Shown in pieces: positions 36,414 through 45,128 of a stretch of 64,000 nucleotides of DNA. The DNA lies in the IMG/VR virus record IMGVR_UViG_3300044638_000550; one strand, written 5' to 3'. Within the stretch, counting starts at the first letter, position 1. Every line of letters starts with the position of its first letter. Made by a program: the position numbers and the translations under genes. Source of the DNA: an uncultured virus (IMG/VR IMGVR_UViG_3300044638_000550) (taxonomy: Duplodnaviria > Heunggongvirae > Uroviricota > Caudoviricetes). The notes below the pieces were generated by a model. The model saw only the letters and a program-made list of their open reading frames with translations. It was not told where the DNA came from and did not search any database.

Positions 36414-37697
36414 TTAACTCATCCAAGAATAATCGCTACCATAATTTGCGTTTGCTCTTGGCTTTCTAGCTTGTCTCGGCTCGTTGACCATTAAACCAAT
36501 GTACCTGAACGCATCCGCACCATGTGAGTAATTGTCGTGCAATGGCGTTTTGCTAAATTGCTTGGTGTCTGGGTCTACATCGTAACGGTAATGGCGTAAG
36601 CATTGCAAGCCTTCGTGACAATTCTCACGGTCAAACCACATATTCCTAAAGATTGTCCTAGCAGCATTGATTGAGTCCATGATGGGCGTTCTAGGGATAA
36701 TTTTGGTCTTATAACCCGCTGCCCTCACAATTTCCTCAATGCTTCTGCCATTGCCCGCCAAGGTCTTGTTCTCGGCATCATGTGGCAGCCAAAGGGTGTC
36801 ATAGACATAGCCAAAGGTTTGCATCTTGGCTAAGTAATCACTCATGGTCTGCTGATTGCCCTCAATGTAGCGAATAAGCCGTGTTTCCATGCCTATGAAC
36901 TGCAAGAACCAAATAGCCGTGGCATCACTCCAACCCAAGTCAAAAATGGCGTGTACGGGCTTTGTGGCATCGTAGTTGACCTTTGTGATGCGCCCATCTA
37001 ACTCGGCCATTTGCATTTCTTTGGCAAAGATTGCCCCATCCACCGTTTGTCGGCATAAACCTTCCCAAACCACGTTGTAGGCTTGAAGATCACGGTTTTT
37101 GAGGGCATCTTTCTCAAGTTTCAGCGTTTCAGGAAACCAAGGGTTGTCAGACCAATTGACCTTTTGCACGATGCAATCTTCGGGAGGGTTTAGTACAAAC
37201 CGTTGATAAGTCTCATCGGTTTCCAACTCAGGGTTAAACGTGACCCATATTTCTGACTTTTCTTTACGAATAGTAGGGATTAGCACATTCCATGACATTC
37301 GGCTTGTGGTTTGGGCTTCCTCAACCCAACAAACGTCAACGCCTTCATAAGACTTGACGTTAGCAACATTGTTCTTTAAGCCCACAAAGCTGAACTCTGT
37401 GCCATTTTTTGCCCTGATTGATGCTTGGGTGATCTCATAGAACCCTTCCATTCCAAGCGCCATGATTTGATCGCATAGCAGCTTGTGAACCGAGTCTTTG
37501 ATAGATGTTTGGAATTCACGGGCGCAAAGCACTCTTAACGGGGCTTGTGCGCCTTTAATGAGCAATGCCCTAGCAACCCCCCATGACTTAGCACCGCCTC
37601 GCCCACCGTATAGGACTTTATAGCGTGATGGCTTAAACAGGCACTCTAGCTTGAGTGGGAACTCAGCCTTTGCAATAGCTTGAGAAACTTCAGACAT
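36414..37697 (-). CDS. terL: Terminase large subunit (B)
   Basis: Same motifs as A. Confidence 0.95.
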   Translation of the reverse strand: MSEVSQAIAKAEFPLKLECLFKPSRYKVLYGGRGGAKSWGVARALLIKGAQAPLRVLCAREFQTSIKDSVHKLLCDQIMALGMEGFYEITQASIRAKNGTEFSFVGLKNNVANVKSYEGVDVCWVEEAQTTSRMSWNVLIPTIRKEKSEIWVTFNPELETDETYQRFVLNPPEDCIVQKVNWSDNPWFPETLKLEKDALKNRDLQAYNVVWEGLCRQTVDGAIFAKEMQMAELDGRITKVNYDATKPVHAIFDLGWSDATAIWFLQFIGMETRLIRYIEGNQQTMSDYLAKMQTFGYVYDTLWLPHDAENKTLAGNGRSIEEIVRAAGYKTKIIPRTPIMDSINAARTIFRNMWFDRENCHEGLQCLRHYRYDVDPDTKQFSKTPLHDNYSHGADAFRYIGLMVNEPRQARKPRANANYGSDYSWMS

Positions 37698-37699
37698 TT

Positions 37700-37794
37700 T
37701 TAATACGGCTGGGGATTAGGTTTCAAAGATAACTCCGTCGAGTCGCCCAATGGTTCGGGACTTAGAACCATCTTCCAATCCCCATGCGTATTAA
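37700..37794 (-). other. Branched palindromic insert between terS and terL (B only)
   Basis: TTAATACG/CGTATTAA and TGGGGATT/AATCCCCA inverted repeats with inner hairpins. Confidence 0.7.
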
Positions 37795-38198
37795 CTTTCA
37801 CTTGGCTTCACAAATGTGACTTGGATGCCAGCCAACAAAGGTGCGCCATCTGCGCCCGTAATCTCTTGTTTCACTTGCTCACGGTACTTCTTAGGGAATC
37901 GTGCAGCCATTGACCTTGACCAAATCGTTGCGTTTAATCTTGGCCCGTCTTTAGTCTCAACCATGTAAGAATCGGCTTGATCTTCCCACCACGCTTGCTC
38001 ATGTTCCTTGGCTTCCTCCATGGCGTGCAAAAATTCGGGGTGATCATCACGCCATTGATACATTGTGCGTAGGGAAAACCCTAACCTAGAAGCAATCTGT
38101 TCCACGCTTTTGCCAATTTTGCCCAAGGCTATCACTTCCTCACAATACTCAGGTTTGTAAAGGGATGGGCGACCAACGGGGCGTTTTGTTTCAGTCAT
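37791..38198 (-). CDS. terS: Terminase small subunit (B)
   Basis: Homolog of 4472-4876. Confidence 0.85.
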   Translation of the reverse strand: MTETKRPVGRPSLYKPEYCEEVIALGKIGKSVEQIASRLGFSLRTMYQWRDDHPEFLHAMEEAKEHEQAWWEDQADSYMVETKDGPRLNATIWSRSMAARFPKKYREQVKQEITGADGAPLLAGIQVTFVKPSES

Positions 38199-38207
38199 TG
38201 GGTAATT

Positions 38208-38480
38208 CTAACAATTCCAATTCTTGAGGGACGCTTTGGCTCGTTCCGCTGGCCCTTTGGCATTTTTAACCACGCCTTCCATTCGGGCGCAGAAACTTGC
38301 CTTACGACCTTCATCCGCTTTTGTCTTGGGATTAGGGGCGGGCGGTTTTAGGTTTGAATTGTTCTTGGCGTTGTACTCCGCACGACCTTTGGCGGTCATT
38401 CCTGCACCCTTTTCGGTAGGGTTATAGGTCTTGTCCTTGCCCGTTGTCTTGTGCGGAATAGGTTTGTCGTGCTTTGCCAT
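38208..38480 (-). CDS. Lys-rich small phage protein (B)
   Basis: Homolog of 5042-5320. Confidence 0.75.
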   Translation of the reverse strand: MAKHDKPIPHKTTGKDKTYNPTEKGAGMTAKGRAEYNAKNNSNLKPPAPNPKTKADEGRKASFCARMEGVVKNAKGPAERAKASLKNWNC

Positions 38481-38482
38481 GA

Positions 38483-38647
38483 TTATTTCTTAGCCGTTTT
38501 AGCGGATTGTTTGAAAGCTGCGGCAGTAGGTGCGCCCTTTGAGCCAGGCGTTCTCATGCGCTCAACGGGCTTTCCCTCTGCTTTTTGTTCTTTAATGCGC
38601 TCTTGTTTAGCGTGAATATTGGCATAAAGGCCAGGTTTACTTGCCAT
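38483..38647 (-). CDS. Basic small phage protein (B)
   Basis: Homolog of 5323-5487. Confidence 0.75.
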   Translation of the reverse strand: MASKPGLYANIHAKQERIKEQKAEGKPVERMRTPGSKGAPTAAAFKQSAKTAKK

Positions 38648-38649
38648 GA

Positions 38650-38931
38650 TCATTCCTCCATTACAAAACAAACATCTTGCCAACTCATTTTAAGTAGGCG
38701 CTCGTCATTGTGCTTGATTTCCTCAAACTTTAGATATTCATCTTTGTAGTCTTTGTGGAATGTACCAAACGCAATCTTGTCACCAACATTCAAACCTTCG
38801 GCTTGGGCTTCAGGGCCAACCGCCATGACCGTTCCACGGCTCTCGGCTTCTGCTGATTGAATATATAACGTGCTTTGAATGCGCTTTTCGGGGCGCACAA
38901 GTATTTTGTCTTTTAAAGGTTGCAAGTTCAT
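38650..38931 (-). CDS. groES: GroES-like co-chaperonin (B)
   Basis: Homolog of 5490-5774. Confidence 0.85.
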   Translation of the reverse strand: MNLQPLKDKILVRPEKRIQSTLYIQSAEAESRGTVMAVGPEAQAEGLNVGDKIAFGTFHKDYKDEYLKFEEIKHNDERLLKMSWQDVCFVMEE

Positions 38932-39137
38932 TTGATGTTCTTTGCTGGTCTGCCACGTTTTTTAGGTAAAAAAGAACCCGCCACAGGGACGGGCAAAACA
39001 TCCTCATGGATGATGGCAACTACAAATTCTCCACACCAATCATTTGCGTGTTTGTTTTGTAATGTTGGGTAACGTCTGCAACTACCCATAATCTGAGAGT
39101 CACGAAAGTATTTACAATTTTCGCATTTCTCAGTCAT
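38928..39137 (-). CDS. Small Cys-rich protein (B)
   Basis: Homolog of 5771-5989. Confidence 0.7.
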   Translation of the reverse strand: MTEKCENCKYFRDSQIMGSCRRYPTLQNKHANDWCGEFVVAIIHEDVLPVPVAGSFLPKKRGRPAKNIK

Positions 39138-39328
39138 TTTGCCTCTCTAGCCAAAACTGCTTTGTTTAATCCCGCAGCCAGGCGTTCAGCAAAACCCTTG
39201 TTCTCTAAATCAAAAATTCTTCCTTCTTTGTAATCAGAGAACTTTTCCTGATGTGCCTCGGTAGATGGCATCGGAGATTCTCTCCTTGCCGCCAATGCCG
39301 CTGCCTCTAACTCGCTCAAGTGTTTCAT
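39134..39328 (-). CDS. Small protein overlapping the kinase 3' end (B only)
   Basis: AAGGAGG RBS before MKHL; ATGA coupling to next gene. Confidence 0.55.
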   Translation of the reverse strand: MKHLSELEAAALAARRESPMPSTEAHQEKFSDYKEGRIFDLENKGFAERLAAGLNKAVLAREAK

Positions 39329-40115
39329 GTAACCTCCTTCGTACTTCATTTTCCTCTAGTTTAGGTAGCTTGTCAAGCTGGCTTGCAATAGCCTTACCCT
39401 TACCTTTGGAGTTATCAACAATTTGAATGTTTACCTTGGGGTTGCCCTTGTATTTCTTTTGAAGTTCCTCAATGACCTGGCGTGCGCCAATGTGAGTCTT
39501 TAAATGTTCTTCAATTGGAACGGTGCGGCCTGAACCTTTTTCCTTTTCCATGCGGCTGGCCCTGCTCAATGCGCCAAACTCCAACGCTTCAGCTGGGTCA
39601 CGGTAAGTGTAGACAATACGAACCTTGCGCTTGGCATCTAATGCCTGTTTGATCTTTTTGTCAGCAGAGTCAAACTTGTTCATGTTTGTGTCGTAAATCA
39701 TCTCCGACCGTTTTAGGGCGGGATCGACACTTTCCAACAAATCTAACGCTGTGGTTTTGCCAGCGCCTGTGCCGCCAGCACTAAAGACAACGGTGTTATC
39801 CATGCCTTTAGGTGTGGGGTTCTTTAGCTTTTCCGCATACAGCTGTTTCATAAAAGTGCTAGATGGCTCATGCACATCAGCTGACCTGGTGCGGTCTGAT
39901 CTGTACTCAGGCGACATTTCCCTGGCTACGTCAGTATTAATAATGCGCCCGCCCTTTGACTCAGGATGCGCTGCATATTCCTGAATCAACTGTGGATATT
40001 GACTTGCCAAGCGCTGAAAATACGCTTGTTCAATAGGGTTAGCAGGGGCAACCGCTTGCGCCCTTTGAGGGGCTGGCTGTCCCATCCCCATCATGGAGGA
40101 CAGGGAGACAGCCAT
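39234..40115 (-). CDS. Zeta-toxin-like P-loop kinase (B only)
   Basis: AGGTGAGKTT P-loop, YDTN, R..GRTVP, VDNS motifs. Confidence 0.75.
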   Translation of the reverse strand: MAVSLSSMMGMGQPAPQRAQAVAPANPIEQAYFQRLASQYPQLIQEYAAHPESKGGRIINTDVAREMSPEYRSDRTRSADVHEPSSTFMKQLYAEKLKNPTPKGMDNTVVFSAGGTGAGKTTALDLLESVDPALKRSEMIYDTNMNKFDSADKKIKQALDAKRKVRIVYTYRDPAEALEFGALSRASRMEKEKGSGRTVPIEEHLKTHIGARQVIEELQKKYKGNPKVNIQIVDNSKGKGKAIASQLDKLPKLEENEVRRRLHETLERVRGSGIGGKERISDAIYRGTSGKVL

Positions 40116-40118
40116 TTT

Positions 40119-40331
40119 TTAACGGTACTCTGACTTGGTTTTTGTGTAGCAGATGCCGTTGGTCTTCCCAGTATTGAACTGGTGATCAGCACCCATCTTG
40201 TCCTCTTTACCCATTGCCACACCGCCACGCATTTTTTCCATGCGTTCGCCTGTGCGGTCAGACGATTCAGCACCTTTAGGGGGTGTTGCGCCTGTGGTGC
40301 TTTTAGCCATTGTTGTGTCCATTTTACCCAT
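40119..40331 (-). CDS. Hypothetical protein (B)
   Basis: Homolog of 6059-6271. Confidence 0.7.
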   Translation of the reverse strand: MGKMDTTMAKSTTGATPPKGAESSDRTGERMEKMRGGVAMGKEDKMGADHQFNTGKTNGICYTKTKSEYR

Positions 40332-40360
40332 GATATTTTCCTTGCAAAGAATTTATGGTT

Positions 40361-40392
40361 TTGACTTTATGCCGAATATGGCACAATGTCAA
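40361..40392. promoter_or_regulatory. Overlapping opposed promoters (B)
   Basis: Same hexamers as 6300-6331; changes only in the spacer. Confidence 0.6.
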
Positions 40393-40415
40393 CCACCATT
40401 TTAACAGGATTTGTC

Positions 40416-40586
40416 ATGGCCACAAATTTTAAAATTACTTCCGCTAAATCTAGCACCCCAAAGCAGCCTATGCACTATGAAAAGGTTTCCGAGCATCGCT
40501 CTGAAATGTCACGTATCAAAGCCGTAGAAAAAGAACTAAAGCAACATGAGGCTCAAGGCTTGGACAAGGCTCACAAGGGTAAGTGA
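40416..40586 (+). CDS. 56-aa opposite-strand protein (B)
   Basis: Homolog of 6355-6525. Confidence 0.75.
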   Translation: MATNFKITSAKSSTPKQPMHYEKVSEHRSEMSRIKAVEKELKQHEAQGLDKAHKGK

Positions 40587-40891
40587 GGGATTGGCACTTC
40601 GGTAGGCCATCGGTCACCAAGTGCCTCAATCGTTGCGGTGTGGGCTTTTAACCACATTTCTTTGCGCTCATCCTTAGATAGATGCGCCCCTTGGTCTATT
40701 TCGTAATGGCATTTCAGGCACAAAGCGGCCACTAAGTTGTCATCGGCTTTGATGCCCTTACCCTTACCACCACCCCAATTACTGTGAGCCGCTTGAATGC
40801 CATTGTCCATGCCACAACTTTGACAAGAGAGAGCCGCCACTAGCTTTAGCAGTTTCTGGCTTCTCACATACGGGTGTTTCGGATATTGCAT
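40571..40891 (-). CDS. HNH-like Zn nuclease (B)
   Basis: Homolog of 6510-6830. Confidence 0.7.
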   Translation of the reverse strand: MQYPKHPYVRSQKLLKLVAALSCQSCGMDNGIQAAHSNWGGGKGKGIKADDNLVAALCLKCHYEIDQGAHLSKDERKEMWLKAHTATIEALGDRWPTEVPIPHLPL

Positions 40892-41009
40892 ATTCTTTGG
40901 TTTGGTACTTGTGAAAGTTGTCGCATTCCCGCTTTCTAAGAATAAATTCGGGGTTTGCTCTTGTGTCTAAAACTTTGTTCTTGCGTGTACCGCAAATTGG
41001 ACATTTCAT
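40779..41009 (-). CDS. NrdR-N-like zinc ribbon protein (B)
   Basis: MKCPIC..KVLDTR..RKREC..HKYQTKE. Confidence 0.65.
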   Translation of the reverse strand: MKCPICGTRKNKVLDTRANPEFILRKRECDNFHKYQTKEYAISETPVCEKPETAKASGGSLLSKLWHGQWHSSGSQ

Positions 41010-41011
41010 GC

Positions 41012-41407
41012 CTATATTCCCTTTTCGGCCATCCAACACATAAGCCATTCAATAAACTCCGAGCCTTCCTCTTTGGTGAATTTGTGGCTTTGTAGTCCTA
41101 ATTGAACAACCCTCTCACCGTCTAGGCTTGGGGCTATCTTGCCAATCTTGCGTTGTGTCTCATGCGCCCATTGATCGATTAAAAGACGCTTCCAATCGTC
41201 CGCTGACCACGTTGAGCCAACCACCTTCATGGCTTTATAAACCTTGTCAATTAAGGCGTGAAACATATCATTTTGGTCTGTGCTGCGAGTGGCTTTTTTG
41301 ACTTCTAAGCGCAATTGCTTGCCCGCTTGCAATGTTTCTTTGATCTTTGGCCACAAGTCTTTTAGGACTGAATGCGCTTGTTGTGAGTTGTGTAGGGTAA
41401 CAATCAT
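41012..41407 (-). CDS. ninB: NinB-family protein (B)
   Basis: Homolog of 6945-7346; start at MIVTLH. Confidence 0.85.
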   Translation of the reverse strand: MIVTLHNSQQAHSVLKDLWPKIKETLQAGKQLRLEVKKATRSTDQNDMFHALIDKVYKAMKVVGSTWSADDWKRLLIDQWAHETQRKIGKIAPSLDGERVVQLGLQSHKFTKEEGSEFIEWLMCWMAEKGI

Positions 41408-41487
41408 AAAAATTGCCTCAAAAAATAGACAAACACCGACCAAAACGCTACCAAGTAAAAAAAGATCAATAACCATGATTTGCTCAT
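41404..41487 (-). CDS. 27-aa hydrophobic peptide (B)
   Basis: MSKSWLLIFFYLVAFWSVFVYFLRQFL; ATGA overlaps on both sides. Confidence 0.5.
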   Translation of the reverse strand: MSKSWLLIFFYLVAFWSVFVYFLRQFL

Positions 41488-41903
41488 GCTTGCCTCACTA
41501 AAACTTCTACTTTTGCCACTTCACCATAGACCTTTGTGGCGTGGATGGATGTGATTTGCGAGTCGTTATCAAACACAATTTTGTCCATGCCATCGATGAC
41601 CGACTTGATGACGTTATCCAAATCGGGGCGTTTTGTGTGTTTCTCAGAATCGTTTAAACAAGCCTCTGTGCGTTTTTTTGAGTATGAGGCGGGAACGGGA
41701 AAGGTAACGTAAATAAACGCCTCTAATGCCCCTTCTAGGGCTTCTGAAGAACCCATTGCCGCCTTTGCCATCATTCCAACCTCGGTTTCATAGGTTTTTG
41801 TCTTTTCAGGGGTGTAAGCAACGGGAAACTTCCCCCTGGTTGAAAACTTTGGTCTGCCTTTGGCTATGGGATGCCCGTAAACCGTAAAAATTATTTGGAT
41901 CAT
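41484..41903 (-). CDS. rusA: RusA-like resolvase (B)
   Basis: Homolog of 7429-7848. Confidence 0.9.
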   Translation of the reverse strand: MIQIIFTVYGHPIAKGRPKFSTRGKFPVAYTPEKTKTYETEVGMMAKAAMGSSEALEGALEAFIYVTFPVPASYSKKRTEACLNDSEKHTKRPDLDNVIKSVIDGMDKIVFDNDSQITSIHATKVYGEVAKVEVLVRQA

Positions 41904-42079
41904 TTTTTATTTTTTAAATCGTTCATACGTTTGCGTAAATCATCAGCAGCTGCTTGGCCTCGCTTCTTGGCAATGTCCGCTATTACTTGTTGAAACCAGT
42001 AATGGGCCTCGCCCCTGCCTTCCTCCAGCGCTTTCTTTTTGAATCGCTTGATCCATTCCATTGCTTCCGATTGCCTCAT
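41900..42079 (-). CDS. Hypothetical protein (B)
   Basis: Homolog of 7845-8024. Confidence 0.6.
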   Translation of the reverse strand: MRQSEAMEWIKRFKKKALEEGRGEAHYWFQQVIADIAKKRGQAAADDLRKRMNDLKNKK

Positions 42080-42179
42080 AGTCTCCCGTAAGTTCAAGCG
42101 CTCTTGTGATGACAAACTCGCTAAATTGTTGGCCTTCTCTGACCCGATCAAGAATTCTGTTTGCTTCATAGTGGGTCAT
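41943..42179 (-). CDS. Hypothetical protein (B)
   Basis: Homolog of 7888-8124. Confidence 0.6.
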   Translation of the reverse strand: MTHYEANRILDRVREGQQFSEFVITRALELTGDYEAIGSNGMDQAIQKESAGGRQGRGPLLVSTSNSGHCQEARPSSC

Positions 42180-42565
42180 TTTGCGTATTGCTTTTTCATA
42201 GCAGCCAATTTTGCAAGCGCCTCTGCTCTAATCCTGTCGCTTTCAATTTGTTCGTGCAGCGTTTTCTTTCGCTCAATCAAAACTTCAGTTGGCGGTTTAA
42301 CAGGGATTGACGGGCCTTGGTTGCACATATCCCGAAAAGCCAATGCGCTGGGGGGAAAGTCTTTGTCAAGTTTGTCAAGGGCAAAATCCAGGCTTGGCTT
42401 GTAGGTCAAAAATCTGCCCAGGCATCGTTTCCATGTTTCACGCACCAGCGTTGGGTCAACGTCTTGCCAATGGGTGATAAACCGTGAACCGTAAATGGCG
42501 TTCATCATTCCAAAGATATAATCAAAGCCTGAGTCGGCATCACAAAAGTCGTTTTCGTTCCACAT
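42176..42565 (-). CDS. Putative helicase loader (lambda P-like; B only)
   Basis: IF..M..IYG.RF...W and FPPS...F..MC pattern, directly after rep. Confidence 0.55.
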   Translation of the reverse strand: MWNENDFCDADSGFDYIFGMMNAIYGSRFITHWQDVDPTLVRETWKRCLGRFLTYKPSLDFALDKLDKDFPPSALAFRDMCNQGPSIPVKPPTEVLIERKKTLHEQIESDRIRAEALAKLAAMKKQYAK

Positions 42566-43247
42566 TTTCAGCCTCCAAAATTACAGTCTCAGGTTTAGCC
42601 CAGAATGGCGTTTGTGGGATTGATTTGCCCCTGGTCAACTCTGCCATCACGTTTTGACGTTCCTCAGAACGGGTTAATTTTTCTTTCACCCATGCAGCCT
42701 TGAATGTTTGCCAGTTCCTGACAACAATTTCATTCAATGCTTCCTCAAGTGTCCAGCCAGCCAACTTTGCCTGTCCAACAATTGCATCCATCACCCGTTC
42801 AGTAATTTGCGCTCGCCTGGCTTTTCTTTGTTTGACAAATGAATTCCAAACTTCAAGCGTAACGCCTTCAGGCGGTTTTGCCTCTTTCTTTGTCTCTGTC
42901 TCTCTCTCTGTCTCTCTCTCTGTCTCTGGGATAGCAACTTGATAGCGTTCTGCTAGCATATCACTAGCAACAACAAAAAACCCGTTTGAAATCAACGGTT
43001 GAAGCCCTTGCTGGTATTCTTTTTCTGAAATGTGCAGCCTAAACACCAGTTCATCTAATGAGCCATCAAAAACACCGTCTTTTGACTCACTTGCAAGCAA
43101 CCAAAGCATAGGTGCAAGCGCCTTGCTAGCAATAGGCAAGCGCATAAATGATCTGTCGTTTAACAAATCACGGTGAAGTTTTATCCAAGGGGGACAGCGG
43201 TCTTTGTAATGTTGAAAGACTGCCCAATTTTTGGGCTGTAAAAGCAT
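42540..43247 (-). CDS. Replication initiator (not alignable to A rep)
   Basis: KNWAVFQHYKDRCPPWIKLHR start, ETER repeat linker, W..F..QRK..R C-domain. Confidence 0.7.
   Translation of the reverse strand: MLLQPKNWAVFQHYKDRCPPWIKLHRDLLNDRSFMRLPIASKALAPMLWLLASESKDGVFDGSLDELVFRLHISEKEYQQGLQPLISNGFFVVASDMLAERYQVAIPETERETERETETKKEAKPPEGVTLEVWNSFVKQRKARRAQITERVMDAIVGQAKLAGWTLEEALNEIVVRNWQTFKAAWVKEKLTRSEERQNVMAELTRGKSIPQTPFWAKPETVILEAENVERKRLL
42892..42970. repeat. TCTCTG-type microsatellite and TAGC repeats inside rep (putative origin)
   Basis: Encodes ETERETERETET; adjacent TAGCA repeats. Confidence 0.5.
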
Positions 43248-43278
43248 AATTTTTCCTCGCACAGTCCTCCACTTTAAA

Positions 43279-43345
43279 GAAACAATCGGCAGGCGGGGAG
43301 GCTCGCTTTTCGATAGGGAGATCAAGCCCCATCTAGCCGTGTTTC
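43279..43345 (-). ncRNA. Three-way-junction structured RNA in rep leader (B)
   Basis: Covaries with 9954-10020. Confidence 0.7.
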
Positions 43346-43353
43346 AAACAATT

Positions 43354-43512
43354 TTAAACCATAAACCAATCAGGCCGCAATGCTTTTAATTGCCACACCC
43401 TAGCCTGGGGAACTGTGTCTCCCCATTGGCTGATGGCTGCTCTTGTAATGCCCAGCAGCTGTGCCAGGTTCTTTGCAGACCCAGCGTTTTTTATAGCTTG
43501 CAATTTATCCAT
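43354..43512 (-). CDS. cro: Cro-like repressor, 52 aa (not in ORF track)
   Basis: Manual translation MDKLQAIKNAGSAKNLAQLLGITRAAISQWGDTVPQARVWQLKALRPDWFMV. Confidence 0.88.
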   Translation of the reverse strand: MDKLQAIKNAGSAKNLAQLLGITRAAISQWGDTVPQARVWQLKALRPDWFMV

Positions 43513-43518
43513 GTTTGC

Positions 43519-43547
43519 ATATTAAGCCAACTTACACAATTAGTCAA
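43519..43547 (-). promoter_or_regulatory. cro promoter with operator
   Basis: TTGACT-N17-TAATAT 6 nt before ATG; TAAG-N4-CTTA overlaps it. Confidence 0.75.
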
Positions 43548-43584
43548 ATACCCGACAAAGTTAAGGGGGCTTTATAAATACCAT

Positions 43585-43659
43585 TTGACAAGCCAGTTAA
43601 GCTAGCTTAATATTCACCCATGCCCTGACGTTTCGGGGTCTTTTAAAAGGAAATCAAAA
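43585..43659 (+). promoter_or_regulatory. Early cassette B1
   Basis: TTGACA-N17-TAATAT, TTAAGCTAGCTTAA palindrome, GCCCTGA/TCGGGGT hairpin, RBS. Confidence 0.85.
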
Positions 43660-44205
43660 ATGTCTACTCAATATCTTTCATGCGCTGAAACTGCAAAATT
43701 AGTTCGTGCTGCTCTCAAAGAGTCTTTCCCTGGCATTCGGTTCTCTGTGCGCTCTAACACATACAGCATGGGCGCTTCAATCAACATCAGCTACACCAAC
43801 GGCCCAACTTACGATGCTGTCAAAAATGTTGTGGCAATGTTTGAGGGCGCTTACTTTGACGGTATGACCGATTACAAAGGTTACAACTACAGCAGTCTGG
43901 ACGGTGTTGAGACTAGCTTTGGCGCTAACTACATTTTTGTTAGGCGTGAATTGACTGTAGAAGTTATGCAAGCAGCTGTGCAAGCAGCTTGTGAATATTA
44001 CGGTTTGCAAGTGCCAGCTGTAAAAGACGGTTGCCAAGGCGCTTACATCGCTGACTCAATTGATTACAACGATCAAAGACGCATTATGGATCGGGTTTCT
44101 GCTCTTAATTTCTGTGAGACACAGCCTAGCCCCACATTGGCCCGTGTCGCCTTTTTAGGTGATGACGGTTACGGCTTCAACTCTGTTGGACGTTTGGCAG
44201 CTTAA
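43660..44205 (+). CDS. LPD29-like domain early protein
   Basis: AK.VR.ALK..FPG..FSVRS..YS.G.SI.I...GP..FDGM.D pattern. Confidence 0.7.
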   Translation: MSTQYLSCAETAKLVRAALKESFPGIRFSVRSNTYSMGASINISYTNGPTYDAVKNVVAMFEGAYFDGMTDYKGYNYSSLDGVETSFGANYIFVRRELTVEVMQAAVQAACEYYGLQVPAVKDGCQGAYIADSIDYNDQRRIMDRVSALNFCETQPSPTLARVAFLGDDGYGFNSVGRLAA

Positions 44206-44237
44206 ACAACGGGGCGCAAGCCCCTCAAAGGAACAAA

Positions 44238-44441
44238 ATGATTATTTCTCAAGTTTCAAGTCAAGTCGCAACATTTGTCAATGTTTTGGATGGCATCGCC
44301 TCTTTGGTAACCAAGGTTTCAAAAGGTTACGCAGTCACCCTTATCGACACAGACGCAGAACAAGTGGTGACAACAAGAATTTACCCGCCAACTATGTTTG
44401 ACCAGGCTGTTGCCTACGCTCAAAAATTAGCAAATATTTAA
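44238..44441 (+). CDS. Early hypothetical protein
   Basis: GCAA-loop hairpin and AAGGA RBS upstream. Confidence 0.7.
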   Translation: MIISQVSSQVATFVNVLDGIASLVTKVSKGYAVTLIDTDAEQVVTTRIYPPTMFDQAVAYAQKLANI

Positions 44442-44451
44442 AGGATCAATC

Positions 44452-44763
44452 ATGCAAATTTCTAAAACCACATTTGGCTGGAGAGCCTTATCAACCGTTC
44501 AACTGGACGATGCTACCCGCATTTCAATTGGAACAATGAAACGCAGCAGCGGCCTGATCACTACCACGGTGACGGGCAGTCGCAAAGAGGGTGAAATGTA
44601 TTACTTCACCGTCACAAAAGATTATCAAATGACTTGGGCTGTTACTGGCGGCAAAGCCACAGAAAAAGCCATCACCATGCAACACCAAACAGTTATTGAA
44701 CAAATTGACAAAATAATTGCTAAAAGTGTTGCTTTTTACGCAAATTTAAGGGAAACCACCTAG
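44452..44763 (+). CDS. Early hypothetical protein
   Basis: AAGGA RBS. Confidence 0.7.
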   Translation: MQISKTTFGWRALSTVQLDDATRISIGTMKRSSGLITTTVTGSRKEGEMYYFTVTKDYQMTWAVTGGKATEKAITMQHQTVIEQIDKIIAKSVAFYANLRETT

Positions 44764-44837
44764 ACTTTAACTATTAAGCTAGCTTACAATCACATCATGC
44801 CCTAGCAAATCGCACAGGGTCTTTTAAGGAAATCAAG
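44761..44837 (+). promoter_or_regulatory. Early cassette B2
   Basis: TAGACT-N18-TACAAT, TAAGCTAGCTTA, GCCCT..AGGGT, CTTTTAAGGAAATC. Confidence 0.8.
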
Positions 44838-45059
44838 ATGTTAAATTTTTCATACAACAGACGCACCCCCCTTAACGTAATGGTTGTTGAGGCCAATTTT
44901 CCATTGGTTGAAGTAGCTGGAAAACGCCTTGACACATTGCGTGAAGATTTTTACGACAACGCTGTTTACATTATGAACAACAGCGGCAAATACGCCCCAG
45001 TTGTTTCCCCTTACGACATTGCTTTGTCAGGCGGTGAGCCTTACTCAGTTTGGAGATAA
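44838..45059 (+). CDS. Early hypothetical protein
   Basis: Follows cassette B2. Confidence 0.7.
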   Translation: MLNFSYNRRTPLNVMVVEANFPLVEVAGKRLDTLREDFYDNAVYIMNNSGKYAPVVSPYDIALSGGEPYSVWR

Positions 45060-45062
45060 CTG

Positions 45063-45128
45063 TTGACAGCCCGTGATAAGCGGGCTTACAATTCATTCAT
45101 GCCCTAACGGGTCTTTTAAGGAAATCAA
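45063..45128 (+). promoter_or_regulatory. Early cassette B3
   Basis: TTGACA-N18-TACAAT, TAAGCGGGCTTA, GCCC-TAAC-GGGT, CTTTTAAGGAAATC. Confidence 0.85.

Noticed and set aside
43390..43605. 71-aa plus-strand ORF (and 9878-10108 in A)
   Set aside because: Antisense to the clear cro gene and promoter region; not conserved as protein between A and B
10248..45128. CRISPR array or integron reading of the repeated early cassettes
   Set aside because: The repeats are degenerate promoter units separated by whole genes; no cas or integron integrase gene
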